DNA of 63,861 nt, the filler included, from Hyphochytrium catenoides (Eukaryota; Protista; Hyphochytriomycota): NCBI GenBank assembly GCA_900088475.1. It is 16 parts of 16 records of this genome, joined end to end, with 100 filler letters (N's around TTAATTAATTAA, not from the genome) between each part and the next. Parts side by side here need not be neighbours in the genome. Positions count along the whole stretch, not along the records: positions 25,069 to 26,467 come from FLMG01002267.1; positions 26,568 to 31,241 come from FLMG01001910.1; positions 31,342 to 38,631 come from FLMG01002564.1; 13 more parts are not named here. One strand, 5' to 3'. Under the pieces are notes generated by a model. It was given only the letters and a program-made list of their open reading frames with translations. It made no database searches and was not told the origin of the DNA. Of this stretch, positions 25,140 through 37,333 are shown in pieces (within the stretch, counting starts at the first letter, position 1; each line of letters starts with the position of its first letter). The translations under genes and the position numbers were made by a program.

Positions 25140-25826
25140 ATGGAGACAATTAATGCAGGACCGAAGCGCAGTCGAAGGTGGAAACGCTGTGAGGTGGAAG
25201 GATGCGGTAAACGGCAGCAATCTCCAATTACAAGGCGCTGCATGCGACACAGCGGAGAACTTCCAGAGTATGGTGGTCTAAAGTTGAAATTCTGCGAGAT
25301 TGAGGGCTGCACAAAGCAAGCCAGACCACGAATCAGCACTTGCTATAAGCATGCTAAGCCGGAAGATCTCTATCCACCAAAACTATGCACTGCTAAAGGT
25401 TGTACGAAACAAAGCAGGGGCAAAGCAAGGCTTTGCATCCATCATGGACGTAAGCAGACTGATGCGCAAGCAGCAGGGCCACAACAGCCAGCAGCAGGGC
25501 CACAACAGCCAGCGGCAGCGCCACAACAGCCAGCAGCAGCGCCACAACAGAAAGCAGCAGGGCCAGAACAGCCAGCACCACAATCAGATGAAGGCCAGCA
25601 ACACCACGCACCGCGAGGAGGACCAGCCGGAGGTATCAGTCAGCAGCAACGCACTTTCCAATCTAGTGGATCTGTAGCGGACTTCCTCAACATCGAAGAC
25701 TTTCTCATGTTGTCTTCCTTGCTGGAAAGACCCTTCAAGCCCATCTCAGAGAAGGAAAAGACTGCAGTCGCCAAATACCTGTCAGTCCTGCTATCCGCCT
25801 TATTGCAGCAATGTGGCGGCAGCTGA
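25140..25826 (+). CDS. WRKY19-like Cx4C...Cx2H zinc-finger repeat protein
   Basis: Three repeats: CEVEGC..RCMRH, CEIEGC..TCYKH and CTAKGC..LCIHH. Intronless, with an AAGPQQP repeat tract. Confidence 0.75.
   Translation: METINAGPKRSRRWKRCEVEGCGKRQQSPITRRCMRHSGELPEYGGLKLKFCEIEGCTKQARPRISTCYKHAKPEDLYPPKLCTAKGCTKQSRGKARLCIHHGRKQTDAQAAGPQQPAAGPQQPAAAPQQPAAAPQQKAAGPEQPAPQSDEGQQHHAPRGGPAGGISQQQRTFQSSGSVADFLNIEDFLMLSSLLERPFKPISEKEKTAVAKYLSVLLSALLQQCGGS
25470..25580 (+). repeat. 21-bp coding minisatellite, ~5 copies
   Basis: GCAGCAGGGCCACAACAGCCA units encode AAGPQQP. Confidence 0.9.
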
Positions 25827-27456
25827 ATAATAAGCGAGCGGCACTTCTGGTCGGCTCCAAAGGAGAAGCAGCGGTGATGGATAGGGGCGAAGATTGTTCT
25901 AGTTTTCACTGAATATTGCCGCACACCACGCGGGGTATAAAAGTACCATGTTGCTATTTTCAAGTCAATATTTCGTTCTGTTAATACCCAAGGGGCGATT
26001 GTTTGGAGAGATGCCCAGCAGTTTTGACCCATAAATAACCTTCCGTTTGTTCTGCCTCTCGGGCCCTACCTGATAATAACGGAGGACCAGCTCGATGGAC
26101 CAGGCTGAGAGAAGCAGAGTTGTTCTTATGAGTCTGATGGGAAGGACGGAACAGGCTCACTTGTCTACTGTCTAACTATCTGGTCTCTTCTAGCACCCAG
26201 GCACTCTGAGGATTAAATATATCCCACCTTCTCCTGCCGCCTCCCTCTGGTTCTACATTCTAAAGAAGAACCAACTCCAAAACGGACCGGTCTGGGTCAA
26301 GAGAGTTCATTGCTTGTTGAGGTAGGCCAGCGGACACACTGGCTCACTTGTCTCTTTCTGGTCTCTTCTGTCTTGTCTGTTATACGGCCCAGCCGGTCTG
26401 ACTAGTAAATATATATCCTATGTTTCTCTGCCGCCTGTCTCTGGTTCTCCCCTATGATGTACCAACTNNNNNNNNNNNNNNNNNNNNNNNNNNNNNNNNN
26501 NNNNNNNNNNNTTAATTAATTAANNNNNNNNNNNNNNNNNNNNNNNNNNNNNNNNNNNNNNNNNNNNGAGAGGACAAAGAGAAAGAGATGAGAGAGAGAG
26601 AGAGCGGGGGAGGTAAAGAGAATGCTGTTACTACCTGCGAGAGAACTCTTTAAAGTCATCGAATGAATGTTTCTTTTCCCTTCTGCTCCGTTCCATTCGT
26701 CTCTAGACAGAGGAGAGATAGAGGAAGACGCTGCTGCTATTATGCCCAAGAAAGATGACGAAAGAGAGAGAAAGCAAGAGCGAAAAGAAGGGCTAATAGT
26801 ACGAGGAGAAAAGAGATCCTTTGTTGGAGAAGATCACGCTGCGGAAAGAGACCAACAACGCTATGTGAAGAAGGACAAAGAGAGAGAGAGGGAAGAAGAG
26901 AAGAGACAAATGGATAAAGTGATTAGTGATCTACGAAGAGAGAGAAGCCAAGAAGAAAGGAGGAGAGAATGTCAGTCAAGAAAAGAGGAAGGATCATCGA
27001 AGGCTGTGCAGGCATCATAATCGGTCAGCCCGGGAAGGAAAAGAGAGGAGGGTTAAAGAGAGCATTACTTGGGGAAGGGAAGAGAAGAGAGAGAAATGTA
27101 GAAAGGGAAGACGCCTGCCAGGGTTAGAAGGGGGCGGTCTTCTCTCTCTCTCTCTCTCTTCTAATGCGAGCCTTTCATGATCATCAACATTTTATTTAGA
27201 CTTTCTCGTTTATTTATTCTCTCTTAGGTTGTCCGAAGTTCAAGACAGAGGCGAACGTAGAACCCTGTGAACACTGAATAGATGGTGAAGATAGATACAG
27301 AAGAAAAGAGTTCTAAAGAGACTCTCCTCCGGTTTAGAGGAGAGGAAGAGAGAGAGAGAGAGCACTTCTTCTTCGTGCTTCAATCTTCTCTCTTTCTCTC
27401 TCTCTCTGTCTGTCATCACTTTCTCCTCACTCTTTTTCTCTCTTTACCTAGGCTTT

Positions 27457-28683
27457 TTAGAGCGCCTCAACGAGGAGAACAGGGACGTTGGAATACTCAG
27501 CAGTGCCCTCAGAAGCCTCGCAGTTAGAGTACCGCGAGTCATAGCAGATCGGACCAGCGCCAGAGCAGTAGTCGGTGATATCGCATCCATCTTTCTCCGC
27601 TGCAGCTCTGCAGAGCGTCTCCGCACCATAGAAACTGTCTCTTGGGCACTCGTTGATCTTCCCATCGCAGACTTCTTCCTTGTCACACGGCCCCGAGGCA
27701 GGGCGGCAGACGCCAGTAAGCTTACGGTCAGGGCAGGAAGGCTCGTTGGCCTGGCAGATGTCTTGCTGGTCACAAGTGCCATAAGCAGGGCGGCAGACGG
27801 TGTTCTGAAGGGGCCACGTCTCAGCTGGGCAGGCCGCAGACGTCCCATCGCAGGTCTCAGCAGTGTCACAAGGACCTCTGGACGGTCTGCAGACAGTGCC
27901 CTGAGGCTTGACTCGGACGGGACACACGAAAGACGTTCCATCGCAGAAAGAAGCTGCAGCACAGCCATTCTCTCCCGCGCAAGGTGTTCCTTCTGACTTT
28001 GGAACGATAGAGCAGCCATTTACAGAGTCACAGACGTAGTCTCCGCATGGGAGAGCGACACTCTTGCTCTCTCTTACGAATTGGAGCACATCTGCAGGGG
28101 CGGAAGTACCGAAGAGACTCTGGAACTCTGCGGCGTCCTTCGGCGTGCAAGGACAGTTGCTAAGCTTCTTATCACTAGGGCAGAACGCCGAGCCGCCCGT
28201 GCAGTACTCAGATGGGTCACACTTCGCCTTTCTAGGATCAGTGCTCGCTGCGTTGCAAACCGTCGTGGGAGGAAGATACTTGGGCTCAGGGCAGAGCAGA
28301 CCGCCGTTGCAGAAGTTACCGGTGTCGTCATCGCAGGTTCCTCGCTTGGATCTGCATCTCTGCGCGTCTCCAGGAAGGTAGAAGCCGTCTGCAGGGCACT
28401 TCACGCCAGTTCCTAAGCATGTCTCAGGCTTATCGCAGACGCCAACGGCAGGACGGCAGACGACGTCCTTGGCGGCAAAGATATCGGGAGGACAGGTCGG
28501 GTTGACGCCGTCACAATATTCTACGGCGTCACAGACGTCGCAGGCTGGGCGACAGATTCGGCTTTTGCCATACAAAGTACCGTCTGGCTTGCAGCAGAGA
28601 TGCGCGGGGTTGTTAATGTCGCAGACTCCAGCGGCAGCAGCGGCGCCGATCGAAGCGGCGAGAAGAAAGAGAGAGGCGCGCAT
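27457..28683 (-). CDS. Secreted cysteine-rich protein with ~9 tandem disintegrin-like repeats
   Basis: Signal peptide MRASLFLLAASIGAAAAAG. Repeats of CRPxxGxCDxxExCxGxxxxCPxD. 408 aa, intronless, no HExxH motif. Confidence 0.85.
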   Translation of the reverse strand: MRASLFLLAASIGAAAAAGVCDINNPAHLCCKPDGTLYGKSRICRPACDVCDAVEYCDGVNPTCPPDIFAAKDVVCRPAVGVCDKPETCLGTGVKCPADGFYLPGDAQRCRSKRGTCDDDTGNFCNGGLLCPEPKYLPPTTVCNAASTDPRKAKCDPSEYCTGGSAFCPSDKKLSNCPCTPKDAAEFQSLFGTSAPADVLQFVRESKSVALPCGDYVCDSVNGCSIVPKSEGTPCAGENGCAAASFCDGTSFVCPVRVKPQGTVCRPSRGPCDTAETCDGTSAACPAETWPLQNTVCRPAYGTCDQQDICQANEPSCPDRKLTGVCRPASGPCDKEEVCDGKINECPRDSFYGAETLCRAAAEKDGCDITDYCSGAGPICYDSRYSNCEASEGTAEYSNVPVLLVEAL

Positions 28684-28878
28684 TGTTTCTCTCTTCTTGG
28701 GATTGATTGTCAAAAAGAAGAGAGAGAGAGAGAGAGAAGCTCGAGTTTTAAGTGAGCGCCGCTGGGAGAAAGAAGAAGGGAGAAAAATGAGGTTGAGCGG
28801 CGGAGATCCGATTGGGAAATGAACGTCTGTCTCTCCAGGCGGGCAGGGGGTAAAGTAGGGGAAAATGAGAGGGAAGGA

Positions 28879-28917
<39 letters not shown>

Positions 28918-28988
28918 TGAGAGAGAGAGAGAGAGAGAAAGAGGACAGGAAATAGGAAAGGATAGAAAATACATGTAGCGCTGCAGAC

Positions 28989-29021
<33 letters not shown>

Positions 29022-29844
29022 GCAACAGAGAGAGAGAGAGAAGGAGAGAAGGTGGGACGCAAAGAGGCGACGAACAGACGAGAGTAAGAGAGAAGAAAGC
29101 CAAAAGATCTTCTTCGAGCTAGGATGACAACGGCCAGGGACACCACAAGGCAGGGAAGAACTGACCAGGTTGCTGGTGATGGCGATGGAAGGAAGAGAGA
29201 AGAAGGAAAAGAACATCAATAGGAGAGAGAAAGAGAGAGAGAGACACAGTGGACACAAGTGGTACAGACAGGCTGAGTTCGGTGACTCAACCAACATCAT
29301 CAGCCGCCGTTGCTGTCTCTTCTTCTCCTAGTTTTTCATGTTTCTTTGGTCTCATGAGCTGACCTGTGGCGAGAAATGTCTCTCTCTCTCTCNNNNNNNN
29401 NNNNNNNNNNNNNNNNNNNNNNNNNNNNNNNNNNNNNNNNNNNNNNNNNNNNNNNNNNNNNNNNNNNNNNNNNNNNNNNNNNNNNNNNNNNNNNNNNNNN
29501 NNNNNNNNNNNNNNNNNNNNNNNNNNNNNNNNNNNNNNNNNNNNNNNNNNNNNNNNNNNNNNNNNNNNNNNNNNNNNNNNNNNNNNNNNNNNNNNNNNNN
29601 NNNNNNNNNNNNNNNNNNNNNNNNNNNNNNNNNNNNNNNNNNNNNNNNNNNNNNNNNNNNNNNNNNNNNNNNNNNNNNNNNNNNNNNNNNNNNNNNNNNN
29701 NNNNNNNNNNNNNNNNNNNNNNNNNNGCCAAAGAGAGGGAGACCAAAGCGAGATCGAACCACAGAGAGACCAAAGAGAGAGAGGAGAGACCGTAGAGACC
29801 AAAGAGAGAGAGAGAGAGACCGTAGAGAGAGAAGCCCAGGTGAC

Positions 29845-30278
29845 CTTGAGGTTAATCCTCTTGAAGGTATTCATGAAGTTCAGACCTTCTGCCAGCGCCT
29901 CTGCGAACTTATCTCCGATCTTATAATCTCTGATTGGCAGTCCGGCGATGGAGAAAGAGGGAGAGAGTGAAAAGGACGGGAAAAGCGAAGAGAGAGAGAA
30001 AGATGGAATATGAGGATTGTATGACGAAGGGCCAAACCCTCAGCGAGAGGAAGACAGGAGAGGGAGAAAGAGAGCCAGAAAGAGCCAGCGAGCCATAGAG
30101 AGAGAGAGAGAGAGGTAGAACGATAGAAAGATGGAAAAAGAGAGAGAGAGAGAGAGAGAATGAGAGAGAGAGAAAGCTAGAAGGGCGGAGAGAAACCCTT
30201 TGAACCGAGACTGTCACTGTTAAGCAGCTGAATAACGGAGGAAGCAAGAGCTCGGATGCAGGGCGTATCACATCACAT

Positions 30279-30315
<37 letters not shown>

Positions 30316-30509
30316 CTCTTTCTCTTACTCTCTCTCGTTGTCAATCTCTCTCGGAGTCTTACCTGAGATCAATCTCATCTCTAGAGTCCTGGAGCTTGGC
30401 GATCAGAGGCTCAGGCAGCAGCTGCAGCTCGTGGCAGCGCTGAAGGTAGGCGGACGTTGGAGTGCGGGGCCGCTCGGAAGGGAGACAGAGCCGTCGTTCA
30501 CTCTCCCGA
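29845..30509 (-). CDS. RNI-type leucine-rich-repeat protein fragment (LRRC74-like N-terminus)
   Basis: Exons 30363-30509 and 29845-29929 splice to SAYLQRCHELQLLPEPLIAKLQDSRDEIDLR|DYKIGDKFAEALAEGLNFMNTFKRINLK. Confidence 0.6.
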
Positions 30510-31021
30510 CTAGACAGAGAGAGAAGCGGAATCGAGGGAGAAAGACATGAGGGAGAGAGAGAGAAGTGCAAGAGATGAAGAAGAGAGACCGAGAGAGACA
30601 GAGGAGAATGAGCGAGAGAGAGAGAGAAGAGAAAGGGCGAAAGGAACAGAAAGAGACTCTAAAGTGGGAAGGGAGGAAAGGAAAGAGGATAACTGGAGAA
30701 GTGAGAGAGATAGACCAGAGAAGAGAGGGGGAGAGACTAGAGAAAGAGAAGTGGGAGAGAGAGGGATGAAAAGACAGTGACAAGAAGAGAACTATAAATT
30801 CAAAAGAGAAAAACAGGAGAGACATTGGTAAAGAGAGAGACACAGAGAGAGGTCGGGAGAAAGCGAGAGAGAGAGAAAGAAAGAACGCAGATGGAAAGTT
30901 ACTAAGTACCTAGCAACTCTTCGCTTCAGCTCACTCTTTTGCTGTCTGCAAATGAGAAAAGAGAGAGAGAGAGAGCTGAGTGCAAAGGCAAAATGACGGC
31001 AAACCTAGGTGCCAACGACAG

Positions 31022-31169
31022 GAGAGAGTAAGGAGAAAGAGAGAGAAAGAAAGAGAAAGAGGAGATGCACACGAATAAGAGATATAACTCTGGCCGAGAG
31101 AGTAAGGAGAAAGAGAGAGAAAGAAAGAGAAAGAGGAGATGCACACGAATAAGAGATATAACTCTGGCC
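31022..31169. repeat. 74-bp tandem duplication
   Basis: 31022-31095 is repeated at 31096-31169. Confidence 0.9.
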
Positions 31170-31202
31170 AAGCACGGGGACAAGGGCAAATAATTATGCC
31201 TC

Positions 31203-31241
<39 letters not shown>

Positions 31242-31500
31242 NNNNNNNNNNNNNNNNNNNNNNNNNNNNNNNNNNNNNNNNNNNNTTAATTAATTAANNN
31301 NNNNNNNNNNNNNNNNNNNNNNNNNNNNNNNNNNNNNNNNNAGAGAGAGAGAGAGAGAGAGAGTACAAGAAAGAACAAGAACAAGAAAGAATGGGGAAAG
31401 AGCGAGAGACAGAGGAGCAAAGAGTAGTAAGAACCAACACTAAGGAAACGCTATGCAAAGCGCCAAAATTGTCTTCTGGAAGAGGCGGTCTTCTTCTCTA

Positions 31501-33257
31501 TCAATTAGATCTTCTCTGTCTCTTGCTGCTCTTCATCTCCTCAAAAAAGTTCTCAATGTCTCTCTTGCCCACTGGAGCTCCGGAGCGGCTGAAGTCAGAG
31601 AGAAACACCTTCAAACGGTCAGACAGAGCGCGGAACTCCAGCGCTGCGTCCACCTGCGCAGCGTGAGAGAGACGGGAAGAGAAAGCTCGGGCAGCTTTCT
31701 CCATTGGGTCAGGAGAGAGAGAGACAGCGTGTGCTTTCTCATAGGAAGAGATGGGATCCGTTGCGTCAGGCAGGAAAGAGACTTCTCTTTCTTTATAGAG
31801 ACGCAGGCAAGAAGGACACGTGCAGAGAGTCTCTCGCCAGCCCGCGGGGAAGAAGAGAGGAAGGGGAGATTCTTTCTGTCTTTCCTCTTGTTCTTTCTTC
31901 TCCCTCTCCTGCGACAGTTCTTTCAGCATTGCAAGTTTGCACTCTGTCTCTCTCTTCCCCTTCTCGTCCGTCTTCTTCTCTGTCTCTCTTGAGGAAGAAG
32001 AGGCATGTAGCGTCCTCTCGTGTGCCTTATAAAGCTTAAGGAAAGGAAGCTTGACGACACAGGCCGGGCAGACCACTTCGTCGTACTCTTCTTCTTCTTC
32101 TCTCTCTCCCTCCGTCGTTGTCCCTTCTCCCAAATGCTCCTCGTGGTACCAATCCTCGCACACGCAGCACTGGATCATCACCTGCAACAGAGATTTCGTT
32201 TGCCTTTGAGCTTCTCTGACTCCAACGCCCTGTCTTCTCTTTCTCTCTCTCTCTCTCTTCCTCTTTCTTTCTTTCTTCTCCTCCTTCATTTTCTTCCTCT
32301 TCCCTCACCCGCCAGAGTCTGACAGAGAAACACATAGTGCTCGTCTTCCTGCCTGGTTCTCTGTCAGATCTAACGGTCATTCCCCGCTCTCGCTGTGTGT
32401 CTCTGATTCTCTGTGTCTCTCTCTCTCTCTCGTACCTCTCGCTGTCCCTGGTAGCCCTTTGCTGTGGGAACACTGTCTTTTCTCCCTCGTCTTTTCTCTC
32501 TCCCGCATCCTCTCCCAACTTACCTCCTCTTCTTCTCTCTCAGGGTCGGGGTAGGGTCTAGCACAGCTGCAGTATTTCCCTCTGAAGTTCTGATTGTATC
32601 TGTTTTCACTGTTGAGAGGCTGCTTGGAGGGAGAGAGAGAGCAAGAGAAAGAGGAAGGAAACTTTGTGTTTCCACAGTCACAGCGGAAATGTCTCTTCGT
32701 GTAGAGTTCTACCAGCTGGTGGTCGCTGTGGCAGCGAAGAGAGCAGCCCTGGACGGGTGAAAGGGCAACAGACAAAAGAAAGAGAGAGAGAGCTTGATTA
32801 GACGGGAAGAGAGAGAAAATGCCAAACCCCAAAAAAGAAGAGAGAGAGAAAGAGAGAAAAGAGAGAGACGGACAGAGAGACAGAGAGACAAATTGCACTG
32901 TTTGAGGAGACACCATGCAACAGATCTGTGCAGTGGTCAAGGCCTAGGAGAGGTTGGTCAAAGAGTCAAAGAAGGGAGAGAAGCAGGCGTAAGAAGAAGG
33001 GAGAGAGTAGTTCAGTTCTTACCACGCAAACTCCGGCAGGCTCCGCCCCTTCAGGCGTGCAGGTGAGACAAGAATAGAGCGCCTGAGGCACCAGCGAGAG
33101 GATCCGATCCGGGAAACGGAGAGATAACATAGGGAGGAACAGCGACAAAAGGAGGTTTTGAGGAAACGAGACATAGGGGAGGGAGAGAGAAAAGGGGAGG
33201 GGTGAGAGAGAGAGAGAGAAAGAGAGAGAGGGGTCGGGGGGCGGGAAGGGGGAGAGG

Positions 33258-33341
<84 letters not shown>

Positions 33342-34231
33342 CAGAGAGTTTAGCTTGGATGAAAGAGGAAACCCGTTCGCGTTGATATCCATCAAAGCAC
33401 AGGAGAGTAACAACGTGATCAACATCTTGGGTGTAGACTAAGAAAAACGGAAAAGAGTGAAACAGGAGAGAACGAGTGCGCTAATTGTAGAAAGAGAGGC
33501 AAAGAAAGACATAGCAGTGAGACAAAAGGAAAAGAGACGCCGAGAGTTGGGGATGAGAAACAGAAAGAAACCCTGAGAGAGAATAATGTAGAGATCTAAG
33601 AAGGGACAGGAAGAAAGAGAGAGAAGAGAAGAGGGAAAGCAAGTAAAAGAGAGAAAAGAGAGAAAGCAAATAAAAGAGAGAAAAGAGAGAAAGCAAGTGA
33701 AAGAGAGAGAAGGCAGACAGCAGTGGCACCCAGTGCCTCCTCATAAAGCTATGAAAGACGACGACAACATGTCTCTAACCTGGCGCTTATATCCCATATC
33801 ATACGAGCAACTGTTCTCGTCTGCATCACCTAGAACCTAGGAGAGGAAAGGATGTAAGGGCCATCAAAGGCTGCTTACTGTCTGTCTACCTCTTCTCTGT
33901 CTCTCCCTTTCCTCTCTTTTAGTCTCTCTTTTCTCGCTCGTCCGTCTCTTTATCTATCGATAGCCTTCGCTCATCCATGCGGTAACTCCTATCGTCTCTC
34001 CTCCATCTTGTTTCTCAGAGCTTCTCGTTGACTTTGACCGTTACCTACCGCGTTCGCCTGTGCTATCATCTCCTTCTCTGCAGAGATGACATCTTCCATG
34101 GTGACCAGCTCCTCAGTCTCCTCATCCTTTTGCTCTTCCTCAGCAGCAGCCGAAGCCTGGCCTGTCTCTTCGACGTTGTCCTTGTCGCCACTAGACGTCA
34201 GCTTCGTGACACCTTCCTCGGCCATGCCCAT
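31501..34231 (-). CDS. UBR7: E3 ubiquitin ligase UBR7-like (UBR-box plus PHD), 5 exons
   Basis: Spliced: ...AQANA|VLGDADENSCSYDMGYKRQ|ALYSCLTC..AGVCV|GCSLRCHSDHQLVELYTKRHFRCDCGN..YNQNFRGKYCSCARPYPDPE|VMIQCCVCEDWYH..IENFFEEM. All junctions are GT-AG. Confidence 0.93.
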
Positions 34232-35005
34232 TGTCTATATATTCTCCACGACTGCAGCGTGAGCTCACGTGAGCTCCGTCAAGACTGGTACCTTTAAGCG
34301 ATCGTCGCAATAAGGTTATGCCTCCTCCCGCGGTCAGCAGCTCTTGGCAACTCAACTAAAAGAAGACCTACACGATGGTTAACTTCTTCTTTTTTCAACT
34401 AGCTCGTGTGTCCCTGGCAAGGCCTTCCTTTGCCACTACTTTCCGTCTAATGCTGTCGAGGGCATCTATGGAGCTTGAGAAGACAGCATCAGGCGGGCGT
34501 ATGCACTGATCGTTGAGACCGATCGATGATGGAGCCCGATGATGAGAAGAATCTTCGTCTTCCCAGCAGAAATCTTTTTTGCAAAGAAATGCACTTGCAC
34601 TCAAAAATTTTCGCGCCAAGTGCCGCCGTCCCGTGAGAAATTCCAATTTTAGCGGCTGTACGACGCACAGAACTGGACGCACGGCACTAACAACTACGAC
34701 ATCGGTTGCTTCAAGCTTGAATCTTTCAAATATTGCCTTCAGAAAGGTAGGGCCCAGTTCTGTTACATATACTGGCAAGCGCTGTAGAAAATTACAGAAA
34801 GGCACTCCTTGATTATTTCATAAAAAAACAAATATAATCTTTGACTTCTCCTGGAGGAAACCTGGAAGCACGTAGAAGGAAAGGGGGGTCCGTGCCGTCG
34901 GTTGAGCCGTTTCGTCACAGCGCCAAAAAAGTGCCAGTCCAGCTGCTTGACCGTCTCTCTCTCTCCTAACTGATTCTTATCTCTCTCTCTCTCTCTCCCC
35001 CTCTT

Positions 35006-35042
<37 letters not shown>

Positions 35043-35138
35043 TTCTCTCTCTCCTCTCTCTCTCTTCCTCTCCCCTCTCCTCTCTCTCTCTCCTCTCTGT
35101 TTCTGTCCTCTCGCTCTCTCTCTCCTAACTGATTCTTA

Positions 35139-35170
<32 letters not shown>

Positions 35171-35839
35171 CCTTCCTTTCCTGACTCTCTTCTCTCTCTC
35201 TCCTCCTCCAGTCTCTTGTCTCTCTTCCTCCACTAGTCTCACTCTGGCTCACTCTTTCGTGCCCTTGTGCCACACCCTCTCTCTCTCTTCCTCCTGGTTG
35301 TCCCATGGCCTGTCTGCCTCATAAGCTCATAAGCTTCTAGTTGGGTCTCTCTCTGTCTTTGTCTCTCTCTCTTCTCACTCTCTTTGGCCCACCGCACGCG
35401 CTTATTGGAGGATAAACAAGAGGAAACTTGTCCGCTTGTCTCTCGCATTTCTTCCCACCGGCGGCCCGCCATCCCTTATCATCCATATCTTCAAACCTCA
35501 CGACCCAGTGACAAAAGGGAGAAGCTCTTCCTCAGGAGCAACGGAGCAGTAGCGAAAGAGAAGAGGAGAGAAAGCGCAAAAAGACCGTAGAAGTCCTCAC
35601 CATCTCCTCTCTCGCCCCAGCTCCTCCGGAAAGCAGTCCAAGAGTTTCTCTCTCAGGTTCATCTCTCACCAGGCCTACCTGTCCCGCAATACGGCGAAAG
35701 AGAAAGAGAGAGAGAGGAGAGAGAAAAAGAGAAAGTGAGAAGAGACGACGGAGAAGCAGATCCGAGCTCAAGAAGCTCTGTCATTGCCTCCTTTCAATCC
35801 CAGCTGCTCCCAGTTGTTGCCCTTCTTACCTCAAGAACG

Positions 35840-37333
35840 ATGGGAAGAAAGGATGGAGCTTCTCTCTCCAAACGCTTCTCCCCCTTCACCGTCTCTCTTC
35901 TCTTTTTCTTCTTCCTCTTCTCTTGCCGCACGTCTGACGCTGCTATTCAGCCGATGACTCTCGGCCGCGTGAGCCCTAACAGCGGCTTCGTCCCGCGCAG
36001 TTTCAACTCAATGATGAAGCCAAGGCACGTCGAGTTCCTTAAGAATTATAGAGGCATCGCGTACTTCAGTACAAAGTTCTCTCTGGGCGGCCAGACCTTT
36101 GATTTCCTCTTAGACACAGGCTCAGCCGACGTCTGGGTCACAGAGGCCGTGGCAAACCGCTCGCTCTTCCGCTCTGTCGGTGCGGAATGTTGTCAGAAGG
36201 CCGTCTGCTGTGCATCGGAGTTTCTGTGCACGATTGAACGTACCGGCGTGGACCGATCGAGCTGTGAGTTCGCCATAAAGTACGCTGATGTCTCCAACAA
36301 GGGCCTCATCGGCCGGACAAGTCTCTCTCTTGGCTCTGTCCAGCAGGAAGAGATGCAGGCCGGGCTCGTGGCTCACGATCCTGATCTCACAGCGATGATG
36401 GGGCTCGGCTTCTCAGCGTTGGCAGTGTATACGAGCCCGGCGCCGGCCAGTATTCTGAAGCTCTTTACCTTTGAGTTCAATGAAGATCGGGGGGCTCCAG
36501 AAGGAAATAGTCTTCGCCTTGAACAGGACGCTGAGGTCTCTCTCCCTTCTTCCATGCGATGGCAGACCTTCCCCGTGAACAAGATCCAAGGCGCGAGCTC
36601 TTTCCTTTACTGGAGCCTTGAAATGGTACAGGTTCGCACAGAAGAGCGTGTCGTCCTTCCCGCGGCAGGAAAGGCAGCTCCTTCTCTCATTGTCGACACT
36701 GGCTGGACGCGGGGCCTTGCGGTTAACACGAAGGAAAATTATCAGGCAGTGCTGTTCTCCATCGGCGTGCTCCAGGCGTGCAAATATGCTGGAGAGTACG
36801 ATGTTTATCTCTGTGATAGGATCGTGATCAACGAGCTAAAGCCGCTGACTCTTGTCCTTCAAGGGGCGGAAGGTCCTGTCTCTCTCTCTCTCTCTCCGCG
36901 GATGTACCTGGTTTACATTCCATCAGAAGATCTCTACCTCGTGGACATAGAGAGACACAGTCTAGGTGCTTCTATCTGGGTGATGGGGCTAGGAACGCTA
37001 AGATACTTTCCCTTCGTGAAGTTTGACGGAAGAGAGAGAGAAAGACCTCTCGTCAGCTTTGCCTCCTGCAATTCTTCCTCTTCCTCCCTCTGTTCCCCTT
37101 CTTCCAGTGCGGAAGAGTTGACAACAGGAGGAGGAGGGAAGAGACCTTCGCAGGATGAGCGTGGAACGGCAGCGCCAGAGGGACAGCCCTCTCTCTCTCC
37201 GGCTCCATCATCGTCTCTCTCTTCCACTTCTTCTTCGTCTCGGCGTGCTCTTTTCTCCTCTCTCTCTCCAGCGGCAGTGACATTCCTGGCACTCGCACTG
37301 GGTCTTTCTCTCTCCTCTCTTTGCTCCTCTTAG
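35840..37333 (+). CDS. Pepsin-family (A1) aspartic protease, secreted and possibly GPI- or membrane-anchored
   Basis: N-terminal hydrophobic signal, FLLDTGSADVWV, MMGLGF, LIVDTGW, WVMG, a Ser-rich linker and a hydrophobic C-terminus. Intronless. Confidence 0.85.
   Translation: MGRKDGASLSKRFSPFTVSLLFFFFLFSCRTSDAAIQPMTLGRVSPNSGFVPRSFNSMMKPRHVEFLKNYRGIAYFSTKFSLGGQTFDFLLDTGSADVWVTEAVANRSLFRSVGAECCQKAVCCASEFLCTIERTGVDRSSCEFAIKYADVSNKGLIGRTSLSLGSVQQEEMQAGLVAHDPDLTAMMGLGFSALAVYTSPAPASILKLFTFEFNEDRGAPEGNSLRLEQDAEVSLPSSMRWQTFPVNKIQGASSFLYWSLEMVQVRTEERVVLPAAGKAAPSLIVDTGWTRGLAVNTKENYQAVLFSIGVLQACKYAGEYDVYLCDRIVINELKPLTLVLQGAEGPVSLSLSPRMYLVYIPSEDLYLVDIERHSLGASIWVMGLGTLRYFPFVKFDGRERERPLVSFASCNSSSSSLCSPSSSAEELTTGGGGKRPSQDERGTAAPEGQPSLSPAPSSSLSSTSSSSRRALFSSLSPAAVTFLALALGLSLSSLCSS

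Noticed and set aside
28684-29103. N-terminal extension of the 548-aa ORF
   Set aside because: Microsatellite read-through upstream of the signal-peptide ATG at 28683.
34395-34805. 136-aa ORF upstream of UBR7
   Set aside because: Non-ATG start and no recognisable domain. More likely promoter or repeat-derived sequence.
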